A stretch of 64,000 nt of DNA from Octopus sinensis. Taxonomy: Eukaryota. Within the stretch, counting starts at the first letter, position 1. The number at the start of each line of letters is the position of its first letter. The notes under the pieces are model-generated. The model saw nothing but the letters and a program-made list of their open reading frames with translations. It did not search any database and was not told the origin of the DNA. The stretch spans positions 59,520,001 through 59,584,000 of the forward strand of contig NC_043003.1 of assembly GCF_006345805.1 (NCBI RefSeq), given 5' to 3'. The translations under genes and the position numbers were made by a program. Positions 26,752 through 43,086 of this stretch are shown here, piece by piece.

Positions 26752-26910
26752 CTTCTTCATCTTCTTCTTCTTCTTCGTCGTCGTCGTCGTCATCATCATT
26801 ATCATCGCTATTACCACCATCATCACCACCACCAGCACCATCACCAGCACCAGTACCACCACCAGTACCACCACCACAACCATCATCATCATCATCACCA
26901 TCACCATCAT
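26650..26910. repeat. Compound trinucleotide array (CAT)(CCT)(CTT)(CGT)(CAC)
   Basis: Directly visible; the ORFs here are homopolymeric artefacts. Confidence 0.95.
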
Positions 26911-27564
26911 GTTCTCAGCAATTAAATTCTAGTTTATTTTTGGACCACCAGGTGTACCACCATGTTCCTGACATTTGTGTGGCATTGTCTTTTGAAAATG
27001 TAGAAGCATATTTGCATTCTACAGAAATTTTGGTTTGTTGTGGCATACAACGTTTCCATTCTGATATTATTTAAGTGCTAACCTCCCACATTTCTATTTC
27101 TATTATTATTATTATTATTTTGGTCACATCAACGTGAAGGTATTTATATAGATTTTCATAGTGAATTCCTTTGTCAAAACTAACGTTTACTACCTTAGAT
27201 AATTTATAACTGTGGTGCATTTAGCTCATCCACCTGCACATTTTTATAACCTGGTTGAAGATATGAACAAATTTCAATCTGTTCCACTGGGTATTAATTT
27301 TGTTAAATATTTAAAGTCTTCTGTAGATGAATGATCGCTTATAACATCTTTACACTTTGATACATTTATTCAACAAGTTTGATTTCTGTAACTTTATAAC
27401 CTACGGTAAACAACAAACACACAGACATATTTATCTACAAAAGAAAAAACTGACAAACAGGTTCAAATAGACAGGTAGACGTGAAGACAGGCAGGTGTGT
27501 ACAAAGATAAATAGCTAGGGATAGATAGAAGATAGATAGATAGGGATAGATAGAAAGATAGATT

Positions 27565-30730
<3,166 letters not shown>

Positions 30731-30783
30731 AATAAAAAGAGATGACACCAGAGAAAAACAAATGTTATGTAATGAACTTCATT

Positions 30784-30865
30784 AGCTTACAGCTGTTTCT
30801 GCTTTGAGATGTAGTGGACTCTTAGATGAGTATCAGGATAACATGCTAGAGCTTCATCAGAGCCT
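30784..30865 (-). ncRNA. Type I hammerhead-like motif with long loop II
   Basis: ggct CTGATGA AGC..48 nt..GCA GAAACAGCTGT A | agct: palindromic stem III, GUA site and 4-bp stem I. Confidence 0.55.
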
Positions 30866-31140
30866 TGGATGTGAAGTGAACATTATTTGCGAAAGTTATA
30901 TGTTCAGAACATACAGGGCGTTATTAGTGAGAAAGTTTATGTTGATGGCTATGGAAAGTATGCAAATATACGCATGTGCTGAGGATACGATTAAAAGGTA
31001 GATATATGGGTAGATGCGCACACCCGTTGATATACATACATGCATACACACACACACATATATATATATATCTATATATATATAATATATATATACATGC
31101 ATACTACATACATGCATACATACATACATACATACATACA

Positions 31141-31173
<33 letters not shown>

Positions 31174-31188
31174 ATATTATATATACAC

Positions 31189-31220
<32 letters not shown>

Positions 31221-31872
31221 ATATATATATATATTATATATATATACTAAAAACTATATACTGAACACTATATACTGAAGCCCTGTTTAACTGTCAGTAT
31301 TCTAATTCTGTGGTAAAATTTCTTAAAGAGTCTGAAAAGGAAATGTTTCCTTATATTTAACTTTCAAAAATCATTATTAGCCTTCAGACATTTTACTTAC
31401 GAATACTCAACCAGTCAAAAATTTTCCATTTTACATACCATTCCAATTTTTAAAAAAATTAATATTTTTTTGTTTATATATTTTTCAGAATTAGATCTAA
31501 ACAAAAAAGTTTACAGTTCTCAAACACAACGTTGTGCTTAAAGTGATGGTTAAATTTATAGGATAAGGGTTTGGGCGGTTTAGGGTTTGTGCTTAAGGTT
31601 ACAGTTTAGGCTTTAGGTTAAAATTTAGAGATGGGATACACAATATGGAGTTGTAGAGGGTATAAGTAATTGCCAAAACAGAAAAGAAGAAAGAAAATTG
31701 TGGTTATTTTTCCCTTTCAGACAAAATCGAAATTTCTATTGTTTGAAGCATAGTAATGCCGCAGGTATGTATGCTTGTGTGCGTGTGTGTATATCATATA
31801 TATATATATATATATATTAATATGTGTGTGTGTGTGTGTGTGTGTGTGATATACATACATATATATTATGAT

Positions 31873-31919
<47 letters not shown>

Positions 31920-33529
31920 ATATATATATATGTATACATATACACGTTTATATACATACATGCAACTATATATATATATGATGATTAATGAGTCGAAAGA
32001 TTGAAGATACGGGAAAGTTTATTGATCACTACAATTGTTTCGACTCATGTGGCATCGATATATACATGCATGTATGTATTTATGTATGTATGTATATATA
32101 TATACATACATGTGTGTGCATGTGTCTGTATATGTGTATGTGTGTAATTATATATCATGCATATACATGGAAACACACTGAACTTCTCATGCACATCTAT
32201 CTGACAGACATATATTATGTATATCTGTCATTAGAACTGCTAGCTCATTGAATCAATGTGTAAGAACATTCCACGGACTATTTAGGCATTTTCCAACCCA
32301 AATCAGCATATGGTCGTACCTTTGCAATTGTTTATACAATCCATCCGACAGATCTCGTCAAGCCAATTTAATTGAGGATGTTTTAGTCGACCCGCAGCTG
32401 TAGAAAACGGTAGTTACCCAAAATGTCACACAGCAAGATCGAGCTCGGGACCTTCTCATTTCAAGGGGAAATTCTTCCCTTATCTTCCAGATTTAATTTA
32501 CATAGTCGCACACACACATGCGCGCCTGTACGCGAACTATCATGTACTCTCACATACACATGCATAAATACATATATATATACATGCATAACATAACATA
32601 ATATAACATATCATAACACGTTCATTGGCTCTCACATGACTTAAAGTTTCGAAGGTACAGAACATGTCCGCGTCTTCAAATTTTGAAGTTAGGATTTAGA
32701 GAATTTAGAAGAAATTTAATAAGCTTCTAGTTGAGAATATTTAGGGCTTCATAGAACAGTTCAAGTGTGCGGCTGTTTTAAATGTATTAGTGTCATCCAT
32801 AGCTTCCTTGGATGCTGCGCTCGGTGGGTCAGGCAGGATCTTGCGTAAGTTAATTAGCGTTCTAATGGGTGCGAAACAGGACATTCTTCGGATGTAAGGA
32901 TAGGGAAAACGTCAGCTCTCTGTTCCATTTCATCTCGGGTCACCGGGACCATGGAAATGACTTCTTCAGAATCACATTAAACACCGTTGTCGTGAACCTT
33001 ATTTATTCGGCTGGAGTTCCTGATTTTTATTTGTGTCTCTGTAAACTACACAAACTCCCTCAACTTATATCTATTAACAGTAAAACCGGCCGAACTAGTG
33101 TTGCCATCAGAGAGACAGCCAACCAATGAACCTCAAGCAATTCGACACTGATAGAACGAATACATCACGCTAGCCCTACCTAGCACATGTACAATGGCTG
33201 CTCTTAGAAATTGTAGTCAAGTTTCATACGACCATCTTGTTTTGTTACGTCAACATTCTGTTTACTCTACCACGTGGAAAAACCTGATGAAAATCGCGAT
33301 GAAAAATTTGATGTCGCCAAAGTAGTTAAAACAGGTAAATATCTTGAATCCGTAGAGATCTGAATACAATCACCAAACAAGTACTTTAAGTTTCTTTTAA
33401 ATTACCTCTACAGTGATTATAGACAATATATATTCATATTGTGCACTCACCACAAAACTATAGTTAATGGGAAACTGAGTTAATCTGTTATTAAATATAG
33501 AGAGCCCGAACTAAATGAGCAGTCTGAAT

Positions 33530-33884
33530 ATAAGGGAGTGATGCTTGAGCTGTGAAATCTTGCATGCGCTAATTTCATTTATACTTATTAATACCTGCAT
33601 TGTTTTCTTCCAGATAAACCCTTATTCTGACTGTTCAAAGAACAAGTCAGCTGTAACTGGTAGTGACAAGCAACAGGCTTAATTTTATTCAGCTGAATAC
33701 ACGTCATTGATTGGTTGAAATTACCGAAATTCGACAACTTTAACACGAAATAACTTTGAACATATAAACGTTTCTCAACAACACTAAGAGTAAAAGATGT
33801 TTTATATGACACATTCTACCAGTGTCCGAAGTTTGAAAGTGTTTAGTTACAAAAAGTTAATTTCTCGATCTGCCGTTCAAAGGG
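33530..33884. mobile_element. Unclassified DNA-transposon-like repeat; left part shared with 52965-53080
   Basis: gagtgatg..gagctgtgaaat.ttgcatgc...ttccagataaac occurs at both loci. The right end ..ttcaaaggg|taaa resembles a piggyBac-like AAAGGG|TTAA (inference). Confidence 0.35.
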
Positions 33885-33922
33885 TAAAGATCCATCCATC
33901 TATCCATCCATCCATCCATACA

Positions 33923-33956
<34 letters not shown>

Positions 33957-33965
33957 CATACATAC

Positions 33966-34026
<61 letters not shown>

Positions 34027-34058
34027 TATAAATATATATATATATGTGTATATATATA

Positions 34059-34096
<38 letters not shown>

Positions 34097-36129
34097 TCAT
34101 ATGTTTGTGTGTGTGTGTGGTGTGTGTACACAAACTCACACTCTCGCCTAAAATGCAATTCTGATGTTTCCTTTTACATATTTATTAATAATTCGGTCGA
34201 TGTGAGTGAAATAGATGATGTGTGTATGTGTGTGTGTTTGTGTGTGTGTCCATGTGTGTATGGTCTGAATATGTGTAGTAATATGTGAAATTGGTTTGCT
34301 TTCATTTCTGTCATGTGTTTCAATGAGTGGAAAGGTATAGCAACAATGGGTTTTTCTTATTCCTTACTCCTAAGAAAATTAGCACGAAAATAATTGAATA
34401 CTATTCATCCGTTTCTTTTGTCTTCTAAACTCCACTGACCTGAATAATATTATCTACTGGTGCCTATCTGGAATATACCACCGATTAATGACGTTTATAT
34501 TGATCTCTCTAACGTTATTATTTCAGCTGATATATTAGACTAAATACGAAGACAATGATAGCTGCTGTAACGGAAATTAGAATTCACCACCTTGCTTTTT
34601 TAGTTGTTACATTATCAGAAAAATAATACGAGCATTACATTTACAAATAGCTGCAGATAATCCTGAATAAAATGGAACAATAGTATTTATTATCATCTTT
34701 GTAATGTCTGCTTAAAAATGTTAGAGAATCGGTAATGGAGCATATAAACTTTTTTATCCAAAAACTAAATAGTATATTACGTTATGGACTGCAGATAACT
34801 GATACAAACCTAACACAAGTTAGACTTCCACTGGTCTACCGTTGCCGATATTGCCATCACACCAACATTCCTCAAAATATTTCGACTAAATTTAGAATTT
34901 GTTAGACAGAAGTTAATTTTAATGACTTTCACCATTTCTCTTACCACAGGCTCTTATCGTTTGCTTTGAAGGGATTAAAATAATCGCAACTTTGATCGAG
35001 TAAAGGATATATAAGGCCGCTAAGAAAACTGTATGTTATAACGAAAGGCGATTTACAAGTTGTGACGTCCATATTTTCTCAATGGAGTTAGCAGTAAAGG
35101 TGAAAGGATATGAAGTAGCTTAAGCGAAACGATACCTCTGATCAAATTTTCCATGCAGAATGCTGTACTGTTTCTTGGCCAGGAAGTCAAATGGAAAGGT
35201 GAATGAATATATAATCTCGAACAATTACACGCAAAAAACCCGAACAATAGTTGACTGATATTGATAAGGTAGCGTCAAAGATCAGAGGAAAAACGAGATC
35301 TGCGTAATTTCTAGTCTATAAAACGGCTCTCCGTATTAGTTCAAAGTATTGGATTATAGAAGAGGTATTCTATATTTAGTGTACAGAAAATCTTTTATAG
35401 AAGAGGTTTTCTATTCTTAATGAACAGAAAAGCGTTCAACTAATTAATTCGAATAATTAATCAATTGAAAAGTTTGGTTTGCACATTTCTATAGTGTGAA
35501 GTAAAAAAATTATATTTTCATTTCTTGCTTTTCTTGTGGCAAAATAAAAGCCAGAGACAGAATTCGGAATTATCACTTTAGCTGAAAATTTGTAGTAAAG
35601 TAAATCAGAGCCTTTTTCCATGTTACAGGAACCAGGTTGTTGCGAAGCAAGCTTCTTATCACACAGCACCGTGAGAGCGTAAGGGAGGAAGAATCAGTTG
35701 GTGCCAACTCGTATTGATTCAGGACTATTGCCGCTACAAGATTTTATACTGGAATATACTAAGGTAAATATTTCACCCAGTTCATTTTCTTTTAAAATTG
35801 AACACAGCTTAATACACATGACCACCACTACTTAATCTGCTACTGGTTATTAGTTAACTCTGATACTGATATGTTCAATGAGCAAATTCCAAGTTGATGG
35901 AGTTGGATGAGTTTCTGATTACGTATTTTAGGCATCTGGTACTAAAACGATAAAGAGAGAGAAATATGCGTTAAATTTCAAGAAATATTGGTCAATCACT
36001 AATACTCACTAATATCTTATTTCTTTTCCAGGTATGAGAGAAAGTTGCAGGATATGTTTCAGTATTACTCAACATCAACAAGGCTACATCTGTAACATGT
36101 TGAAGCTGGAATTTATTGAAATAGAAACA

Positions 36130-36423
36130 CAACTTTGTGAGTAAATTTGGTAGACGGAAACTGAAAGAATATATATATATATATATATATATGCATATAT
36201 ATATATATATGTATATATATACGTGTGTGTGTGTGTTTGTCCCCCCAACATCGCTTGACAACCGATGCTAGTCTGTTTACGTCCCCGCAACTTAGCGGTT
36301 CGGTAAAAGAGAACGATGGAATAAGTACTAGGCTTACAAAGAATGAGTCCTTGGGTCGATTAGCTTGACTAAAAAGGCGGTGCTCCAGTATGGCTACAGT
36401 CAAATGTCTGAAACAAGTAAAAA
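36130..36423 (+). mobile_element. SINE family A lacking its head
   Basis: tttggtagacggaaactgaaagaa(TA)n..tttgtccccccaacatcgcttgacaaccgatg..ggcggtgctccagtatggc. Confidence 0.85.
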
Positions 36424-36484
36424 AGTGTATGCGATATATTTTATTATTTCCTTTCTTTTAAAGACGGTTGAGAAGCAGAGTCAA

Positions 36485-36660
36485 CAGAACGTAGCAGAAA
36501 GTAAGCTTTACTTTACTACGAGTGTGTCTACGTTCTGCGTCCTTTCATTCTTTCCAGGGTCTATAAAATAAATTACCAGTAGAGTACTAGGATCAATGCA
36601 ATCGACTGACGCCCTCCTTTCAAAACAGCTTGCCCTAAAACTAAATTAGAAATCGTTATA
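36485..36660 (+). mobile_element. Degenerate SINE family B
   Basis: acgttctg..cctttcattctttccagggtctataaaataaattaccagt..aatcgact. Confidence 0.5.
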
Positions 36661-37003
36661 TTCTCGTATTTTATACAGTATTCAATGCAAACTGAAAATT
36701 ATGGGAACTTTGTAGATTTATCATTAAATGATTTCATGTATATATTTATCATGAAATGTTTTCATTAATAAACGATCTTTAATAGCTTATGAGCAATATG
36801 ATAAATATGCTATTTTGCATTGTTGCTTAATGTTACTTTTTATAAAACACACATACACACATATATTTGCATATATAAAGAGGATATAAATCACAAACGT
36901 TTTGCAGTCTTGATTCCTTTATTCGAACATGGTTTTGTGCATATATATTTTTATATTTATACAAAGATACACACATAGATACATATACATACACACATAT
37001 AAC

Positions 37004-37075
<72 letters not shown>

Positions 37076-37559
37076 GAACACACCACACACACACACTATA
37101 TATATATATATATATATATATATGTCATCTCACATTACTAAATACATGTAGTTATGAGATTTGATGCTTACTTCGGTATATATATACACCAATTGGTTTA
37201 AGCTAGTATAATTAATGAATAGCCGTAAGACACACAAGTTTTGTACTACATTATTTACAAAATATATCATATCTCCGAAATCTAACGTGCTTAATTTATT
37301 TTCACAAACTCAAACAGCTGCATAGAGTGAGTTAGTTGTATTAAAGTTAGTTAAATATATAATACAAATTTTAGTGATCAAATATATGTTCAGACCACCT
37401 ATTAATTCTATAGTGGTTTATGTGTTATTAAGGAAACGCTCAGGAAAATTAAATATGATTTTCAGGCCGATGTATTTATTTAATATGTAATTATGGTTTC
37501 AGATTCAATTACAAGTCGAGTGATTTTAGGGGATATTATGTTTGAATGCATCAACTTCA

Positions 37560-37690
37560 CTGCATAACTGGAATTTTTTTTTTATTGACCTCGAAAGGAG
37601 AAGAGGCAAAGTCCACCTCAGAATGTAAGGCCGGAAGAAATACTGCCAAAAGTTTTCTTCAGCGGGCTAAAGATTAAGCAGTTCACCGCC
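37560..37690 (-). mobile_element. Degenerate SINE family B
   Basis: ttattgacctcgaaaggagaagaggcaaagtccacctcagaatgtaa is the reverse complement of the family B core. Confidence 0.55.
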
Positions 37691-38553
37691 TTTAGCTACT
37701 GTATGATTGTTGTACTGATTTACTAAGCCGGTGTGTAATAGTTCTGTTCGGTTTCAATTATAGCGTGTTAAGGACTACATTTTAGAAGATTCATTAGTGT
37801 ACTGAATAGAATAGCTTGAGTATTTTTTACTCTCTGTTTTCTAAATTTCAAATAGCACAATGTCAACTTAGCGCTCCCTACTTTCAATGTCGAGAAGAAA
37901 CTATCAATCCAGATTGGTGGAACTTTTAGAACATCGGAGAAGACGTCTTGCAAATATTTACTGGTTCGTTGCGTTCTGAGTTTAATACATGAAACAGCAC
38001 TGGTACCAGCTTACATTAGCTGTAGTGCACTGGTCATTATCTAGGACAATTTTGAGGTCGTGGAGATTGAAGATTAACACGCATAGACACATATAAGTTT
38101 TCAAATATATGTAAACTGAACATTTCTTCTATTTGGCGTCGACAGAATCAAGAACTACTCAAATACAGGGGAGTATGGTATCCAGTGATCAACTTCCATC
38201 AAAATTTCTGGTCTTGGGCTTAAAAGAAGCAATTTGTTCCAACATTAAACAGCTAAATTCAACATCACAATGGAATAATAATTTGTCTGTTTTCAGTTAT
38301 ATCATTGGTAATATGCTTGTTTGTATTTATGTAGGAATGTAAGTATGTGTGCAAGTGTCTGTGTGTGTGTATGTGTGTGAGAGAGAAAGAGAGAGAGAGA
38401 AAGAGAGAGAGAGAAAGTGAATGAGCATATATTCATTCCAAATAGTTTTGATTATTACCCATTATAATTAGAACTATATTGACTATACATACACACACTC
38501 ACACACATCTATATATTTATATATACACATATAAATATACAAACATACATGCG

Positions 38554-38633
<80 letters not shown>

Positions 38634-39249
38634 GGGAGAGAGAGAGAGATAAATAGATGGAGAGATACATACATACACACATATATTAATATACATACAT
38701 ACACACATATATATAGTAGTTGAGGTAATTATAATTATAATTTCCGGTTATCTGCAGTATTAGTAAACAAATAATGAGTTAGCCCTCCTCAGAAGCTTTC
38801 ATGCAACAGTGATGACATCGATATTATCTGTAATGCTGAAGAAACTCAATATCGCTGTAAACTCGCATAAGACAAGAAGGAAATGGAGCGGATGCGCTAG
38901 TTATGAAATATTCAACGCCAACAGAACACTAAGCCCGAGAGTAAAATATGCTGAGCTTATTAAGCACATATAACATAAATAACGTATTTCTTAAAGAAAT
39001 TTCATTCTAGGCTATTACTGAAAACTAGTTGGTTAAGCATAAGTAATTTATTTACTGTCATTTACTTTCTTTATACGCCCAAAGACATAGAAAAATGTTT
39101 CATAACTGTTTAAATATGTCTTTGTTATCGTTGATGTCACTCGCATGTTAAAACTGAAATACCACCCACAGACTGAATGTTGAACAGTACATTATCTAAA
39201 CGTTGTTAACATAAAATCGCAAAATACTCGTTTATGCTTGTAATATCTT

Positions 39250-39440
39250 GGGCGGCTACGTGGCACAACCGTTAGCCCATCGGTCAGAATGCTTAGTAGC
39301 ATTTCTTCTGGCCCTTCTGAGTTCGAATATTCCGCCACAGTCAAATTTGCCTTTCATCTTTCGGTGTCCATAAGATAAGAACTACTTGAGTAATGAAATT
39401 GATATAAAATTGCTGGCCTTGTGCCAAACATTTGAAATCG
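39250..39440 (+). mobile_element. Degenerate SINE family B
   Basis: ggcggctacgtggcacaaccgttagc..ttctgagttcgaatattccgcc..tttgcctttcatctttcgg. Confidence 0.65.
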
Positions 39441-39979
39441 TTTACGTGAGTAATGTACGAAGTACTTAGATCACAGGTGCTTTAATATAGTTACTGAGAA
39501 CTTCAGCTCTGCATCTTCAGGGATTAGCAGGGACTATGTAGTCTTCACCAAATGAATAGATATGAATTCGAAAAAATAAATCGTCAGCATTGGAATATTG
39601 CGTTAGTAACTTAGCGGTTAGTAACTCATCGGTTTATTTAAGACAGCACCTTAGCAGTTTTGTCGTATTCATATCTATTCTTCCGGAGATGGATACGTAT
39701 TCGGCAGAGGATATCGATAGAATAAGTTTGAAACTTACAAAAGTCTCTACCGGATTTAATTTTTCTGACTTCATGGCTGAGAACTATCATGACCACAGTA
39801 TATAAGATATATAAAGTAATTTTTTTTTGCCAACAGAATGTGGCATTCCTTTACAAGGACGATGTTATGGTTGTTTAGCTCCAAGAAAACATATTTTCCA
39901 GCCGGCTAACAACACATAGTTTGTGGCCGAATCGTAAAAGTAAGGGAGGTCATCGATCCCATCTCTAGACTTCGTGATA

Positions 39980-40024
39980 CTCACAGACCCAGGTTTCTGA
40001 GTTGTTTCTCGTCATCAGTGCGAG
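39980..40024 (-). ncRNA. Near-intact minimal type I hammerhead ribozyme
   Basis: CTCGCA CTGATGA cGAG aaacaa CTCa GAAACCTGGGT C | TGTGAG: 6-bp stem I, 3-bp stem II, quasi-palindromic stem III and a GUC site. Confidence 0.7.
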
Positions 40025-40498
40025 ACAATCACAGGCTAGTGATGGGGGCTCACTCAACTTGCTTATACTATATACTTTTTAAGCGATACACAATCGCTGA
40101 TCTCATAAAGAGAAAAACGGCTAGTTATAAAGCTCAGGGCGATAGATATGCAGTAACAGTACCGAATAGTAACGTTTATTTGCCAACAGAATGTGGCATA
40201 AAGAAATCAGAATCGATACAACATAATGAATGCAATTCAACGGGGCTCATGATCGCTAGTAAGATGTTATTTGTTACTTGATCCTGATAATAAATTATGA
40301 GATTAATTGTTAGCTCGTCCCTATATTCCTGTTTGCTTACATACTTGTTTTTCATTCATGACTTTATATGTACATGTTATTGCACTTGAGAATGTCTGCT
40401 TTATATATATATACACACACATCTCTCTCTTTCTCTCTATCTTTCTCTTTTTCTCTGGCTCTCTCTCTCTCTCTCTCTCTCTTTATATATATAATATA

Positions 40499-40609
<111 letters not shown>

Positions 40610-41781
40610 CAGACAGATAGTTATACACACACACATATATATATATGTATGTATGTATGTAGATTTTTTGCTTGTTCGCGCGTGGGTCTGTATCTGTGTA
40701 TGTCTATATATCTATATTTATGAGGAAGCAGGATGTGTGCGTGTGTGTGTATGTAAATGTGAGTCTATGTATTTGTATGCACATGTGTTCTCGTATATTG
40801 GCATCTGGCTCTAAATCTCAAGGATTCAAAATGAAAGCTGTTTGCTTCGTAAATGTGCAATAGCATTAAGAATAGCGAGAGCAATAAGAGGAGTATGTGG
40901 AGAAGAAGGTGAATATATCACAATCTTCCATAACAATTAGTGACGTCGTGAAATGTCGGTCGAGCTGCTAGCTCTTGCTAAACACCTCCGATTAGTAGCC
41001 TGAAGCCAGGTGATGTTAGAAAGCCTAGAGTCATGGTGCGCAGTATGTGTGTGGTCCTATTTAATTGTGCAGGTGTAATAGTAACACTGAATGAACCGAG
41101 TCAGAAAGACGTATTAGAGAAAACATACAATCTGTGAGGTGTCAGGTGAAGAACCCTTCAGGAAATTTAACCGTTATAAAGACCAACTACAACAAAGTAT
41201 TGTGTTTAAGAAAACAATACATTGTAGCTTTATTGCTAACAATTCATACCATTCATTCGATGCACTTTCATTCAGACATTCGTGTTTTCTTACTTTCGTT
41301 AGCAACATATATGTTCAAGTAGTTTAAGATTGTATATAGTTGTTTAATGTTCGGAAAACATATATTATCACTAAATCGATTTAATCTTTAACAAACCTTT
41401 TATTCGGTAGTGTATAAATGTATATTATTTGCATATGTGTGCATGTAATATATATGTTCGTGCGTGTATGTGTTTATGCGTATGTGTGTCTGCGTGTCTG
41501 TGGCTGTTCGTATGTGTGTGTGTGTATGTGTGTGTGTGTGTAAATATATACGTGTGTGTGTTTCTATGTCTTAAAGTGTACGGTTACTGGAAATTTGTTT
41601 ATCCTTTGTTATTTTATCAAAAGCGTTATAAAATCTACACACATGCACAAGATATATACACATTGTAAAATACATGTACATACTTATATGTGCATATGTG
41701 TGTATATAATATATATATGCTCACGCATACGCGCACACGTACGCACAGACATACACATATATGTAGATATGTATTTATTTA

Positions 41782-42057
41782 GGCGTGTGGCTTAGTGGTT
41801 AGTGAATTCGGCTCACGATATTAAGGTCAGGAGTTCGATTCCCGGTGGCGAGTTGTGTCCTTGAGCAAGACATTTTATTACACATTGCTGCAATCCCCTT
41901 AGCTGGCAAAAATGAGCTGTACTTGTATTTGAAAAAGCCAGCCTTGTCACATTCTGTGTTCCGCTGAATTTCCTTGAGATTCAGGGTACATCTATCTATG
42001 GAGTGCTTTGCAACTGGAATCCTCATCGTCGCAATTAAAGCTAAAAGACGGATTGCC
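41782..42057 (+). mobile_element. tRNA-derived SINE family C (CORE-like)
   Basis: A-box tggcttagtggttag, B-box ggagttcgattccc, gtgtccttgagcaagac. The 3' part matches 62145-62323 and, inverted, 23990-24070. Confidence 0.8.
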
Positions 42058-42676
42058 AATTAGAGATAAACACAAACACACACACGCACAAAACAAAATC
42101 GCACACACAGACACACAAAACAAACATACACATATGTGTGTGCCTCTGTTTTCACATTCAGTTATAATGAAAGCGATTTTACATTAACCTGGTGGGTCAC
42201 TCAAAATATCCTACAGAGCATGAATTTATTTTAAAACAAGAATATCCTTGTCAGTGACTTCGAAGTATCGCCCATTTAAGCCATCGCCGGACTCTGATGC
42301 ATTATATAGTCTCTGTTGAGTTAAATTTTTCCTTTGGTATGTGGATTTGGGTGGAGTCGTAATTAGACTTTATAGTGGGTTGTTAAGGAGTGATGTTTTG
42401 GAGAAATTTTTATTGATTAAATTTCAGATTATGTTGTTTACAAATTATTCACCTACGTAGAACTTTGTAAGTTGGTGTGAAAATGTAAGTAAATGTCTTC
42501 TGATTGGTCGATATAGGATGTATGGTTGGTTTTAGTTAGTTTTGGTATTAATGGATTTAAGATATATATATACTTACAAGTGCATATAAACACATGTATG
42601 GAAATCAGTGTGTAGGTAGGAGTATGTAAATATATGCATGTATGTATGTATGTATGTACGTATGTATATATACACC

Positions 42677-43086
42677 CTTTTACTCTTTTACTAGTTTCAG
42701 TCATGTGACTGTGGCCATGCTGGAGCAAGGCATTTTAGTCGAGCAAATCGACTCCAGGACTTATTCTTTGTAAGCCTAGTACTTATTCTATCGGTCTCTT
42801 TTGCAGAACCGCTAAGTTACGTAAACACACCAGCATCGGTTGTCAAGCGATGTTGGGGGGACAAACACAGACATACAAACATATACACACACATACATGT
42901 ACACATACATGTACACATACATATATACGACGTGCTTCTTTCAGTTTCCGTCTACCAAATCTACTCACAAGACTTTGGTCGGTCCGAGGCTGTAGTAGAA
43001 GACACTTGCCCAAGGTGCCACGCGGTGGGACTAAACCCGGAACCATATAGTTGGTAAGCAATATACTTACCACACAGCCACTCCTA
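42677..43086 (-). mobile_element. SINE family A, full length
   Basis: Complete reverse-complement match to the family A layout. Confidence 0.9.

Noticed and set aside
31555-31630. Interstitial telomere (TTAGGG-like)
   Set aside because: Only scattered degenerate units; more likely part of a decayed dispersed repeat.
32700-33130. Unique GC-richer stretch with short plausible-looking frames on both strands
   Set aside because: The frames are under 90 aa, interrupted by stops, and match no family I recognise.
33284-33310. CTGATGA...GAAA motif
   Set aside because: No stem III or NUH site and no stem I; chance match.
38808-38840. C/D box snoRNA (GTGATGA...CTGA)
   Set aside because: The boxes are only about 30 nt apart and there is no terminal stem.
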